From: Candidatus Uhrbacteria bacterium
GTDB lineage: Bacteria > Patescibacteriota > Patescibacteriia > UBA9934 > GWF2-40-263
Assembly (NCBI GenBank): GCA_016844925.1
Contig: JAERTI010000038.1
Span: 2,936 to 66,935 of the forward strand
Reading direction: 5' to 3'
Length of the DNA: 64,000 bases
The position numbers and the translations under genes were made by a program. Below are positions 9,743 through 19,622 of this stretch, piece by piece. The first letter of the stretch is position 1; each line of letters opens with the position of its first letter. The notes under the pieces were generated by a model. It was not told where the DNA came from. It saw only the letters and a list, made by a program, of their open reading frames with translations, and ran no database searches.

Positions 9743-11170
9743 ATGAATAGAATTGAGGGGTCACGAGCTTGTCCTCCCGAAGCACCGAAATCTGAAAAAG
9801 GTCCGTTTATTGAAGTTGAGAAGCCATCGAGAGAGCTTCAGGAAATGGATCGAGAGCTTCGAGAAGTGTTTTCCGATGCCGCGGAGAAAGAGGCACCAGG
9901 GTGGCTGCCTATCCCGGATGCGTTCAAGGTGGCAAAGCCGTTTCTATTTGCGTTGGCGGGAGCTGCTATTGGTGGTTTGGCGGTTGCTGAGAGAATGGGG
10001 CCACAAGAAGCGGGAGGGGCTCCAGAGGTGGCGTTGGAGACAGTAGAGTCGCAGGAAGCTGAGCGCGTGCAGCAATTGCAGGCAGTCTTTGATCGGGCTG
10101 GGGAGAAAATTGAGCGCTCTGATCAATTTGATGGATTATTGTCGCCGGAGGAGAAAGCAAATCTTTCTCAGCGCTTGAAGGATTATCCTATAGAAGGAGT
10201 GCTGGATGAGTTTGCTGCTATGGGAGGTGTTGAGCGAGGGGTGATTTTGGAGAAGGTGGATCTTGATGCGATTTCTTTTTACTCGGATGAAGACACAACG
10301 GCGTTTGTTGATGGGCTTAAAACAAGTGGTGTGACCATCGAGGCGGGGGAAGAAGATGTGGCGCATTCTCATGCAGCTCGTCGTACCGGGATGCAGTTTA
10401 ATGGTGTTATCTATCTAAATCTTTCGAAGATTGATCTTTCTCAACCGGGGGTTTTGGAAGATGTGCTTACCCACGAGGTTGGACATACAGCAACAGAGAC
10501 TTCTCATGATTGGAATTACTCAGAGGAAATGCTTAGCGAGTCATTTATTGAGTTGATGGCTGCGCGAGCAGGGGAGAATGTAGATGGTATTTCTGATGCG
10601 TTTCCTGGCTACCTGGATGGCCCCTCCGTTACAGCAGAGCTTTTGTTAGCTGGAACAGATAAGGACTCTCGTCTATGGCAGGGGATGTTTGAAGGGGCTG
10701 GTGGATTACAGGTAGCGCTTGATGATGTTTATGGGGCGGGTACGTATGATGCGTTTGCTCATTCTGCTGATGGGTACGATCTTTCACCAGCTGAGCAGCG
10801 ACTACTGCTTGTTGATCAAGCGTTACAAATTATGGATTACGATTCAGAAATCATTGCACAGGCCAATGGTAGGATGGCTCACGAGCAGATCGTGCTTCAT
10901 TCCGACGGTGGTCAAGAGGCGTTTTTGCTTCTGTCGGACTATTCCAAATCAGGACATTTCGGCGGGATGGTGCGTCGGCCGGGGGAGAGCGATAAGATGG
11001 TGTTTGTTCCTGCGGCGGTTCCGGAGGAGAAGGGGGTTCATACGTTTGAAGATTATGGTGGCTATGTTCTTGGGAGACTTGGGGCACAGGGGACTCCTGA
11101 GGGGCAAGTGAAGCGGTTTTTTCAAGAGCACGATGAGGACTTGAATACATTTTTTACACCTGAGGCGTAA
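9743..11170 (+). CDS. Membrane-anchored HEXXH zincin-like protein
   Basis: One hydrophobic segment; THEVGH with downstream LSESFIE. Confidence 0.6.
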   Translation: MNRIEGSRACPPEAPKSEKGPFIEVEKPSRELQEMDRELREVFSDAAEKEAPGWLPIPDAFKVAKPFLFALAGAAIGGLAVAERMGPQEAGGAPEVALETVESQEAERVQQLQAVFDRAGEKIERSDQFDGLLSPEEKANLSQRLKDYPIEGVLDEFAAMGGVERGVILEKVDLDAISFYSDEDTTAFVDGLKTSGVTIEAGEEDVAHSHAARRTGMQFNGVIYLNLSKIDLSQPGVLEDVLTHEVGHTATETSHDWNYSEEMLSESFIELMAARAGENVDGISDAFPGYLDGPSVTAELLLAGTDKDSRLWQGMFEGAGGLQVALDDVYGAGTYDAFAHSADGYDLSPAEQRLLLVDQALQIMDYDSEIIAQANGRMAHEQIVLHSDGGQEAFLLLSDYSKSGHFGGMVRRPGESDKMVFVPAAVPEEKGVHTFEDYGGYVLGRLGAQGTPEGQVKRFFQEHDEDLNTFFTPEA

Positions 11171-11185
11171 TGCCAATGTAGTGTT

Positions 11186-12469
11186 ATGAACAAACGATTT
11201 ACTTTAGACAACGGCATGAAGGTGATGATGGTGCCGGTGAGTGGGACGGAGACCGTCTCTGTACTTGTGATGGTTCGTGTTGGGTCACGATACGAGTACG
11301 CAAAGATTAATGGTGCCTCGCACTTTATCGAGCATATGATGTTTAAGGGGACACGACGTCGCCCGACTGCACAGCACATTTCTCGAACGCTCGATGGAAT
11401 CGGTGCGGATTACAACGCGTTCACAGGGAAGAGCTATACCGGTTATTACGTGAAGGTTGATAAGAGTCACTTGGAGCTGGGGATCGACTTGATCGATGAC
11501 ATGTTGTTCTCTTCAAAGATGGATCCTAAGGAGCTCGACCGAGAGCGTGGGGCGATTGTTGAGGAGATTCATATGTACGAGGACAATCCTATGATGCATG
11601 TGAGCGATTTGCTTGAGCAGGAGATGTTTACCGGGTCCTCACTTGGTTGGGAGATCGCGGGAACACCGAAGATTATTAAGGAGATCGATCGGGATGAGAT
11701 GCATGCGTTTTATAAGAAGTACTATCAGCCATCGAACATGCTGCTCGTGGTGGCGGGGAACGTTGATCGACGGGCGCGTGGGTGGATTGAGTCACGGTTC
11801 GGTCGTCGGAAAGATGCCCGTGAGGCACCGGGTGGTTTTGAGACGTTAGAGCTTCCGCTTCCGAACAAGCGACCTCGGGCGCGTGTGCAAACAAAGAAGA
11901 CGCAGCAGATTCAACTCGCCATGGGGTTCCCTGGCTATGGGTATCAAGACCCTCGTAATCCTGCCGTTTCTTTGCTCGCGAATATCCTTGGTGGAACAAT
12001 GTCTTCAAGGCTTTTCACAGAGGTGCGAGAGCGTAAGGGGTTGGCGTACTTTGTGCGAGCCGCCCATTCGAGTTATGAGGACACGGGAGTCTTCATGATC
12101 CGTGCTGGACTCGACAAGACACGGCTTGAGCTCGCCATGAAGACGATTCGCAAAGAGGTGCGCAAGATCAAGCGAGAGAATGTATCGGCCAAGGAATTGA
12201 AGCAGGCGAAAGCGAATGTACGTGGACAGATGGCCATTCGTCTTGAGGATAGTTTCCAGCGGGCGCAGTGGTTTGCCAGCGAGATGATGTTTCAAAGACG
12301 CATACGCACGCCAAAGACGTATCTCAAACGTATTGAAGAAGTTCGCCCGCAGGATATCAAGGCAGCAGCAAACGACATTCTTAATGAGAAGGTCTTGTCT
12401 CTGGCTGCCGTTGGACCATTTAAGGACAGTGGGGCATTATTGAATGCATCGGGGTTTAAGGCGAGATAA
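11186..12469 (+). CDS. M16 (pitrilysin) family peptidase
   Basis: HFIEH inverted zinc motif; SSRLFTEVRERKGLAY. Confidence 0.93.
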   Translation: MNKRFTLDNGMKVMMVPVSGTETVSVLVMVRVGSRYEYAKINGASHFIEHMMFKGTRRRPTAQHISRTLDGIGADYNAFTGKSYTGYYVKVDKSHLELGIDLIDDMLFSSKMDPKELDRERGAIVEEIHMYEDNPMMHVSDLLEQEMFTGSSLGWEIAGTPKIIKEIDRDEMHAFYKKYYQPSNMLLVVAGNVDRRARGWIESRFGRRKDAREAPGGFETLELPLPNKRPRARVQTKKTQQIQLAMGFPGYGYQDPRNPAVSLLANILGGTMSSRLFTEVRERKGLAYFVRAAHSSYEDTGVFMIRAGLDKTRLELAMKTIRKEVRKIKRENVSAKELKQAKANVRGQMAIRLEDSFQRAQWFASEMMFQRRIRTPKTYLKRIEEVRPQDIKAAANDILNEKVLSLAAVGPFKDSGALLNASGFKAR

Positions 12470-12481
12470 TAGTTGAGTGAT

Positions 12482-13261
12482 ATGAAAACCATCATTGCGA
12501 ACTGGAAAATGAATGTGGGAGTAAGGGAGTCTGTGGCGCTCGCGCGCGGCACGCTTTTAACGCTTCGTGGTCGCAAAGTGAGTCCGGCTTTGGTGATCTG
12601 CCCACCCTTTGTGGCTTTGTCAGAGGTTCGTAAGATTGTCGCGCGTTCCTCGGCCGGTCTTGGTGCCCAGAATATGTTTTGGGAGCAAAGTGGTGCTTAC
12701 ACGGGGGAAACCTCTCCGCGCATGTTGCAGGAGCTGGGAGTTTCTCATGTTATCTTGGGTCACTCAGAGCGACGGGCATTGTTTGGAGAGACAGATGAGA
12801 TGGTGAATAAAAAAGTTCTTCAAGCACTCGAGCAGAAGCTTGTACCAATTATTTGTATCGGTGAGTCGGCAGATCAGCGCCGAGAGGAGCAGACGCAGCA
12901 GGTAGTACGTGATCAACTCATGGCAGCTCTTCAAGGAGTTCGTCTCAAGTCTTCAGATACCATTATGGTGGCTTATGAGCCTCTCTGGGCGATTGGGTCT
13001 GGTGTCGCCGCTACGGTCTCAGATGTGATCGAAACACACCGATTCATTCACCTGCTTCTTGGGCAGGTGTTCGAGCAGGCAGCGCCAGGACAGTTTTCTG
13101 TACTTTATGGGGGGAGCGTAGATGCAGAGAACGCCTATGGCTTTTTACGTGAAGATGAGGTAAATGGTGTGCTTGTGGGAGGGGCAAGTGTAAAGATTAA
13201 TCAGTTCAAGGGGATTGTTCAGGCGGCCGCAGAGGTGCTTGAGGCAAAACAAACAAGCTAA
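12482..13261 (+). CDS. tpiA: Triosephosphate isomerase
   Basis: ANWKMN, GHSERR, AYEPLWAIG, LYGGSV, LVGGAS. Confidence 0.96.
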   Translation: MKTIIANWKMNVGVRESVALARGTLLTLRGRKVSPALVICPPFVALSEVRKIVARSSAGLGAQNMFWEQSGAYTGETSPRMLQELGVSHVILGHSERRALFGETDEMVNKKVLQALEQKLVPIICIGESADQRREEQTQQVVRDQLMAALQGVRLKSSDTIMVAYEPLWAIGSGVAATVSDVIETHRFIHLLLGQVFEQAAPGQFSVLYGGSVDAENAYGFLREDEVNGVLVGGASVKINQFKGIVQAAAEVLEAKQTS

Positions 13262-13262
13262 T

Positions 13263-14099
13263 ATGTCATGGATTTTCGGAGTACTTATCGTGGTTGCGAT
13301 CGTTGTGATGGTTGTGGTTGTTATCCGAAAGATCCCGCAACTTCGAGTTATTGACGTGGATTCCATCGCCAAGGAACGGGAACGTAAGATTAAGGAGAAG
13401 ATTATTCTCTCGAAGATTAAGCGATCGGGTGGAGCCAAGCTGGGAGCTGTAGCTAAAACATCTGTTGGGGCAGTGAATACGGTTTCAAAATATGGACGCC
13501 GTGCCGTGCAGCGTCTCTATCATCTTGAGCAGTACTACCAGAAACTTCGTCGCAGCTCGACCGAGGGGATCCATGCCTATGACACGGATCGCATTCGTCA
13601 GCGTATCGAGGAGGCGCAGGAGCTCATTCGTGATGAGGAATTTATTCCTGCGGAAAAGATTTTCATCGACATCATCAGTCACAACCCTAAGAGCGTTGAT
13701 GCCTATGAGGGGTTAGGAAACATGTACATTAAATCTGGTCAGATCGATCAGGCGCGCGAGACATTGTCGTTCGCCCTGCGTCTTTCACCAGAGGATGCAA
13801 GCGTGCGCGTTTCTCTTGCTGAGCTTGAACTCCTGCAAGAAAATCATCAGGCAGCGTTGCCGCATCTCAGAGCAGCCGTACAAAAGCGCAGTAAGAACCC
13901 GAAGTATCTTGATTTTTATATCGATACCGCGCTGAAGGTGGGGTCGCTTAAAGATGCCCGAAAGGGGATTACGGCACTGAAGGAAGTGAACCCAGAAAAT
14001 ACCAAGATTAAAGAGTTTGAGGAGCGATTTACAAAAAAGAAAGAGGCTTACATCCGCAAGACGAGCGCGTCCACAGAAGAGGCTTCACAAGAAGAGTAG
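13263..14099 (+). CDS. Membrane-anchored TPR protein
   Basis: N-terminal TM; TPR-like helices (AYEGLGNMY...ALRLSP). Confidence 0.8.
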   Translation: MSWIFGVLIVVAIVVMVVVVIRKIPQLRVIDVDSIAKERERKIKEKIILSKIKRSGGAKLGAVAKTSVGAVNTVSKYGRRAVQRLYHLEQYYQKLRRSSTEGIHAYDTDRIRQRIEEAQELIRDEEFIPAEKIFIDIISHNPKSVDAYEGLGNMYIKSGQIDQARETLSFALRLSPEDASVRVSLAELELLQENHQAALPHLRAAVQKRSKNPKYLDFYIDTALKVGSLKDARKGITALKEVNPENTKIKEFEERFTKKKEAYIRKTSASTEEASQEE

Positions 14100-14129
14100 G
14101 CTTTGTTACTATTGCGCCCGTCGCAAGAC

Positions 14130-14205
14130 GCCGTCGTAGCTCAGTTGGTAGAGCGCATCCATGGTAAGGATGAGGTCAGCGGTTCAAGCCCGCTCGACGG
14201 CTCCA
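14130..14205 (+). tRNA. tRNA-Thr(GGT)
   Basis: Cloverleaf; CATCC-atGGTaa-GGATG anticodon arm; encoded CCA. Confidence 0.95.
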
Positions 14206-14206
14206 G

Positions 14207-14235
14207 AAAACCACCCAGCATTGCTGGGTGGTTTT
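14207..14235. terminator. Intrinsic terminator
   Basis: AAAACCACCCAGCA-T-TGCTGGGTGGTTTT inverted repeat. Confidence 0.8.
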
Positions 14236-14283
14236 CTTTATGTGGAAAACACGATTAGAGATGTTTGATACGATGAGATTATT

Positions 14284-15609
14284 ATGTCGAAACATTTGTA
14301 CCCTCACTTTAAGCCTTCTACCGAATGGCTCATCACAATCATGTCGCTGTTCATGATTTTTGGAATCGCCATAGATGGATGGGCTCATAATCATATTGGC
14401 GTTGATCTGCATCCATTCTTCACGCCGTATCACGCAGTCCTTTACGGCTCTTATGGAATAACAGCACTCATTTTTTTCTACGAAGCTTTTAAAAATCACC
14501 AAAAGGGATTCTCGTTCAGGAAGTTGTTGCCAAAGGGGTATGGACTTTCGATGATCGGAATCATTGCGTTTGGCCTTGCTGGTTTTTTCGACATGATCTG
14601 GCATTTATTTTTGGGCGTTGAGATTGTGACGATGGACATCACCTTGAGCCCAGCACATTTGCTGCTTGCTTTTTCCGGGATGGCCATCATGAGTGGGGCT
14701 TGGCGTTCTCTGTGGCATCATCGTGAGTTACCTGTGGGTCTCTGGAATCAGCTCCCTTTTATTTTTTCTTTTGCGTTCACACTCATGCCGCTGCTGTTCA
14801 TGCTTCAGTGGGCGAATCCTTGGGTGTATCCATGGGTGGACGTGACTCAAGAGATTGTCTATCCGTATTTCATTGCCGGAGGGATACTAGACGCTGAGTT
14901 TCTTGGTGTGGCGATGGGGGCAGCAGGCATGCTTATTATTGGAACGCTGCTGACGATTGCCTTCCTGCATTCTCTCAAGAGGTTTATGTTTCCCGTCGGT
15001 GGAATTGCCCTCACGTTAGTGTTCTCTGCTTCCTATCTCATATTCATGAGAGATGGCTATTCGGTCATTCTATATGTGCTCATTGTGGGCCTTGTTCTCG
15101 AGTGGGTATTTGCCATGGTGCGTAAGTTGGGAGCTTCAAAATTACTTTTCGTTCGATTGTTTTCTGTGCTGTTCCCGCTCATTCTTTGGTTGGGTTATTT
15201 TGCGTGGATTAATGTGGTATCGAGTACGACCTGGTCCATGCATGTATTTACTGGAGAGCTCTTTCTCTTAGCGGCAACAGGTTTTCTCTTGGGGCATGTG
15301 ATTATTCCAGATAAGGACGCGGCATCTATTGAGCTACCAAGGGGGGGCACAACAACATCAAGCTTCTTGTTGCTCTGTGGAATTTCAGTTTTTGGTGTGC
15401 TTATGTACCTTCTCCCGACGCAAACATCCTTGCATACGATTCTTCAGCCACAATTTAATCGCGCGGATCTTGTGCAGCCACCTGTGGAGCTCTTGCCAAC
15501 GGTGCGTGAGTTTACTGGAAGAGATGATTTCATTATTTACGGTGAAGAAGAAACTCTGCCAGAGAATCATCATCTTTACGATGTGCTGTCCGATGATCAT
15601 CATGAGTAG
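14284..15609 (+). CDS. Polytopic membrane protein with two DxxxH...PxH motifs
   Basis: Many TM segments; DGWAH...FTPYH and DMIWH...SPAH. Confidence 0.75.
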   Translation: MSKHLYPHFKPSTEWLITIMSLFMIFGIAIDGWAHNHIGVDLHPFFTPYHAVLYGSYGITALIFFYEAFKNHQKGFSFRKLLPKGYGLSMIGIIAFGLAGFFDMIWHLFLGVEIVTMDITLSPAHLLLAFSGMAIMSGAWRSLWHHRELPVGLWNQLPFIFSFAFTLMPLLFMLQWANPWVYPWVDVTQEIVYPYFIAGGILDAEFLGVAMGAAGMLIIGTLLTIAFLHSLKRFMFPVGGIALTLVFSASYLIFMRDGYSVILYVLIVGLVLEWVFAMVRKLGASKLLFVRLFSVLFPLILWLGYFAWINVVSSTTWSMHVFTGELFLLAATGFLLGHVIIPDKDAASIELPRGGTTTSSFLLLCGISVFGVLMYLLPTQTSLHTILQPQFNRADLVQPPVELLPTVREFTGRDDFIIYGEEETLPENHHLYDVLSDDHHE

Positions 15610-15670
15610 ATAAAAGAAAAGCCCCGCCCGAAAGGGTGGGGTTCGTTGTTGACGTGGTCAACGGAGAGGA

Positions 15671-17563
15671 TTACTTCTCGTAGGGGTTGTCGTAGTCGTC
15701 GTCACCGACATCGAAGATGGTCGGGACGTTCATGGTCGCCGAGAGCGACATCACGAACGCGGACGAGTCCGTTCCCTCTGCGGAAGTGATCACGTAGAAG
15801 GGGAACTTCTGCGCCTTCACTTGGGTTTCACCCATGAAGTCGACATCGAAGGTTTTGCCCAGACCAGGGAGTTCTTGGATGTGGGGAACCTTCGAGGCGT
15901 CCAGGCCGATGCTCGAACCTTCCGGCATGGGGAAGTTCTTCAAGGCACCTTCAGCGCGAGCGCTGAGGTTCATCGCCTCACCGTTGGTGACGGGGAGGGC
16001 CCTGATGCCGGTCTCATCCGCGGGGATGGTGTAGGTCACCGTCGGTCCGACGGAGATACCGATGCGAACAGGCTTCTCGAGGCTGTCCGCCAGCTCGGCG
16101 ATTTGCAGGGCGGCCTTGATGGCCATGGAGAGTCGCAGGTTCAGACTCATGCCTCGGCACTTGCCCAAGGCGCTCATCCAGACACACACGCAGCCGTCGC
16201 CGGTGAAGTTGTTGTACTTCCCGCCTTCCTTGAGGACGATCTGGTTGATGCCCGTCATGAAAGGTTGCATGAACTGGCCGACCTTGATGGGGTCGTCCAG
16301 CGTTGCCGACCAAGCGGTGAAGCCGACGATGTCCACGGTCATGGCGACCGTTTCTTCATCCGCCACCAGCGGGTTGTAGCCCGCCTGAACCCTTGCAAAG
16401 AACTCTGGGTCCGGGTGAACGGTCCTGGCGATGGCGCGCAAGATGGCGGCCTCGCGGGCCGTCTTTGCGGCCTGCATGGAGCGTCCCGTTGCCTGGCGTT
16501 CCTTCGTCCAGGTCTGCTCGTAGTCGCCCTTGCCGGTCAGGCGCTTGGCGTTGGGGATCAGTGCGGCGAGACGGTCGCCCAGGGTGCGGTTCCACTTGAC
16601 GGTCAGGACCGTGCGCAGGAACGGGGACTGGGCGTCATCGATCTGGTAGATCTCGCCCGCGTGCACGACGGGGAGCTGTTTGAGCTCGCCTTCCCGCACG
16701 ATCTTGTTGGGCGTGAGGATGTCCTTCTCGATGCGGATGCCGCGGACAGAGCCCGAGGGGGTGTCCGAGTAGTCTCCGTTGCAGGAGCCATCCTCGTCGA
16801 TCTTCAGCCAGACCAGTCGTCCGTAGATCTCACCGTCGATGATGAGCGTCTTGCCGTTCCAGTGAACCTCCTTCTCAGGGGCCCACATCTTCAGCAGGGG
16901 GACGATGGGGAGTTCCACGAGCCGGTACTTGACCGTCCCTTCGTCACGTCCGGGCAGGATGCCGGGCATGGCTTGGTTCATCCCGCGGATCAGGTGCAGG
17001 AGCGCCGGAGCGTCCTGCAGACGGTTGACCACCTTGTTCTGGGGGCCGCCAGGGTTGTAGACGCAGACGAGGCGGACTTCGCACTCGCCGATCCGGTAGG
17101 CGTACCAGGACTTGTTGGTGTTCCACGCGGCAGCACCTTCTTGGAGCTTCTGGTAGAGCACCCAGGGGCTGAGCATGAATCCGAGGAATCCGGCAAGCAG
17201 TCGTTCGATGGCGTCGAAGCCGAAGTTGATGTCCGGCGACGCACGGCCGATGAAGGACAGCTTGGAGACGTGCCCCAGCTGCTCGTCGACGATCTTGCTG
17301 ATGAGCTTGTCGTACTGCTCCAGCGTGATGTGGTCACTGTCATCCAGCATGGACGAGACGCTCTTGCCCTTGAGCTTGTCCGGAAGGTTGTCCCAGATCA
17401 CCTGACTCGAGAGCTGGAGCCTCTTGAGACCAACCATCAGAAGTCGAATGTTCCGTGCTGCGTTGATGGAGAGCCACTGCCTGATGGCCTCCATTTCTGC
17501 AACGTCCGTTCTCTTGTACCCGACAGACGTCAGGGTATCGATGCGCTGAGTGCGATCACCCAT
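15671..17563 (-). CDS. Class III nucleotide cyclase with large N-terminal domain
   Basis: VDIVGFT, FTGDG, RIGISVG, NLSAR; AAGGAGG SD before ATG 17563. Confidence 0.85.
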   Translation of the reverse strand: MGDRTQRIDTLTSVGYKRTDVAEMEAIRQWLSINAARNIRLLMVGLKRLQLSSQVIWDNLPDKLKGKSVSSMLDDSDHITLEQYDKLISKIVDEQLGHVSKLSFIGRASPDINFGFDAIERLLAGFLGFMLSPWVLYQKLQEGAAAWNTNKSWYAYRIGECEVRLVCVYNPGGPQNKVVNRLQDAPALLHLIRGMNQAMPGILPGRDEGTVKYRLVELPIVPLLKMWAPEKEVHWNGKTLIIDGEIYGRLVWLKIDEDGSCNGDYSDTPSGSVRGIRIEKDILTPNKIVREGELKQLPVVHAGEIYQIDDAQSPFLRTVLTVKWNRTLGDRLAALIPNAKRLTGKGDYEQTWTKERQATGRSMQAAKTAREAAILRAIARTVHPDPEFFARVQAGYNPLVADEETVAMTVDIVGFTAWSATLDDPIKVGQFMQPFMTGINQIVLKEGGKYNNFTGDGCVCVWMSALGKCRGMSLNLRLSMAIKAALQIAELADSLEKPVRIGISVGPTVTYTIPADETGIRALPVTNGEAMNLSARAEGALKNFPMPEGSSIGLDASKVPHIQELPGLGKTFDVDFMGETQVKAQKFPFYVITSAEGTDSSAFVMSLSATMNVPTIFDVGDDDYDNPYEK

Positions 17564-17609
17564 CCGTTGCCTCCTTTGTAAAGGGCACGCCATTGATTGG
17601 CGATGTGGT

Positions 17610-17638
17610 ACAATAGCCGTAATTACGGGGTTTGTCAA
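17610..17638 (-). promoter_or_regulatory. Promoter of the cyclase gene
   Basis: TTGACA-N17-TATTGT. Confidence 0.6.
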
Positions 17639-17649
17639 TCCTTTTTGCT

Positions 17650-19107
17650 ATGACAAGAATTTGGAGGTCTTCACTTGTTCGTTCCGCATATGGGGGCGCT
17701 GTTCAGGGATTTTATTATGGGCTTGCCTTTGTTCAGGCACCAATTTTGCTTGCGTTTGAAAAAGTTCTTCCGGTAGACACGCGAAAAGCGTTGTGGCGGA
17801 ACGTCTCCTACCTGAATTCACAGATGCTTTATGCTCTTTGGGGACTGAAGATTAAGGTGGATGATCGTCGAGATGGAGAGGGGCCATTTGTTTACATGTG
17901 TAACCATCCGTCAGCCTTTGATGGGTTTACCTGTTTTGGGTTGGTTGGTCCCAATGTCACAATGCTTACCGGGCCGAGAAAAATGTTCCCATACCCATTT
18001 AACTTTTGGTTCAAGAAAACAGGAGCCATTGATGTGATGCGCGATTGGTATGACGACGAGCATTTCAAGGATGGAGATTCTACGCCACGGCAGGAGGCCA
18101 TCGAGGAGCTTGTTCGTCGAGCGAAATCTGGAGAGAGTGTGTTCTTGTTTGGTGAGGGGCACATCGAGCGATCAGGTAGGTTGCAATACATTCATACGGG
18201 AGCTGCTCGGGTGGCGATCAAGGCTGGTGTGCCACTGGTGCCCATGTCACTTGTTGGGGAACAGAAGCTCATCTCAAAGCATCAGATGCGACCAGGGAAG
18301 TTAAAGGTTGTTTTTGGGGAGCCTATTCATCCACCAAAGGTCTCGACAGATAAGCAGTTTCGTAAGGCAGTGATTAAGCTTAGGGACCATGCCTGGAAGA
18401 TGATGCGTGAGCAGTTGCCACATCGGTATCAACGAGATTTTTTTAACGAGGGAGTAAGGGAGGATGTGGGAGTCTTTGTCGACATCGATGGAACGATTTA
18501 TAAGGGATATTCAATGAAAGATTTTTTTCGTTGGCTTATCCGCAAGGGACACTTATCAAAAGAGCAGATACGGGCTGTTGAAAAAGCGGTGTTTCTAAAT
18601 GCGACAAATGTTCTTTCTCATGCGGAGATGATGGAAGGCATTGCTAAGAGCTTTGCTGGCTGGAAGCAGCTAGATCTTCAAAGATATGCCAGAGAGTTTT
18701 ATGAGGAGGAGGGATATAAGAAGTACAATCACCATCTCTTAGGGTTCATGAAAGATCATCAAGAGTGCAAACATCGATTGGTGATTATTTCTGAGACGAT
18801 TCAGCCACTAGCTGAATGCTTCAGAGATGTCATTGGGGCAGAGGAGGTGTTTGGATCAAAGATGGAAGTGAGAAACGGGGTCTACACAGGGAAGATTTTG
18901 CGTCTGATGAGAGACAAGGAAAAGCGTTCCTGTGCGCAGGTCTATGCGCAGAATCATGATCTAAACATTCACGACAGCTTTGCTTACGCGGACTCTATGT
19001 CAGACCTTCCGATGTTTAGACTGGTGGGGCATCCTGTGGTTGTTGATCCCCATAACAGTGCATTATCCGCTATAGCCAAGAAGCGTCATTGGGAGATGAT
19101 TCATTAG
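17650..19107 (+). CDS. PlsC-like acyltransferase fused to HAD-IB phosphatase
   Basis: NHPSAFD, FGEGH; DIDGT; YADSMSDLP. Confidence 0.85.
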   Translation: MTRIWRSSLVRSAYGGAVQGFYYGLAFVQAPILLAFEKVLPVDTRKALWRNVSYLNSQMLYALWGLKIKVDDRRDGEGPFVYMCNHPSAFDGFTCFGLVGPNVTMLTGPRKMFPYPFNFWFKKTGAIDVMRDWYDDEHFKDGDSTPRQEAIEELVRRAKSGESVFLFGEGHIERSGRLQYIHTGAARVAIKAGVPLVPMSLVGEQKLISKHQMRPGKLKVVFGEPIHPPKVSTDKQFRKAVIKLRDHAWKMMREQLPHRYQRDFFNEGVREDVGVFVDIDGTIYKGYSMKDFFRWLIRKGHLSKEQIRAVEKAVFLNATNVLSHAEMMEGIAKSFAGWKQLDLQRYAREFYEEEGYKKYNHHLLGFMKDHQECKHRLVIISETIQPLAECFRDVIGAEEVFGSKMEVRNGVYTGKILRLMRDKEKRSCAQVYAQNHDLNIHDSFAYADSMSDLPMFRLVGHPVVVDPHNSALSAIAKKRHWEMIH

Positions 19108-19164
19108 TGTGGAGAACCTGGTTGACCTTCTGTGATCTATGGGTTAGTATTTTCCCGCCTTTAT

Positions 19165-19249
19165 GGGTCGGTACCGAAGTGGTCAACCGGGGCAGACTGT
19201 AAATCTGCTGGCATCGCCTTCGCAGGTTCGAATCCTGCCCGGCCCACCA
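19165..19249 (+). tRNA. tRNA-Tyr(GTA)
   Basis: GCAGA-ctGTAaa-TCTGC arm, long variable arm, CCA. Confidence 0.96.
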
Positions 19250-19290
19250 CCGAGCTTTGCTCGATGGGATGGATTTATAAGCAAAAATAC

Positions 19291-19366
19291 GCCGCCTTAG
19301 CTCAGTTGGTAGAGCAACGGTTTTGTAAACCGTAGGTCGTCGGTTCGAGCCCGACAGGCGGCTCCA
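19291..19366 (+). tRNA. tRNA-Thr(TGT)
   Basis: ACGGT-ttTGTaa-ACCGT arm, CCA. Confidence 0.96.
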
Positions 19367-19415
19367 TTGACACATTCTGGTAGAAACGGTATTGTCCGCG
19401 CCGTAAACGAATACT

Positions 19416-19571
19416 ATGTCTCAAGATAATCTCATCAATTTGGAGTGCACAGAATGCAAGCGTTCTGGGTACCGAAGCCACAAGAACAAGAAGAAGCTCA
19501 AGGATCGTCTTGAGATCAAGAAGTTCTGTAAGTGGTGCAAGACACACGTGCTCCATAAGGAGACCAAATAA
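19416..19571 (+). CDS. rpmG: 50S ribosomal protein L33 (zinc-binding form)
   Basis: Hand-translated [15 protein letters not shown]...[20 protein letters not shown]. Confidence 0.95.
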   Translation: MSQDNLINLECTECKRSGYRSHKNKKKLKDRLEIKKFCKWCKTHVLHKETK

Positions 19572-19622
19572 AAAAGCGAGTCATGAAGACTCGCGTGAAA
19601 GCCGACCTGCGTGGTCGGTTTT

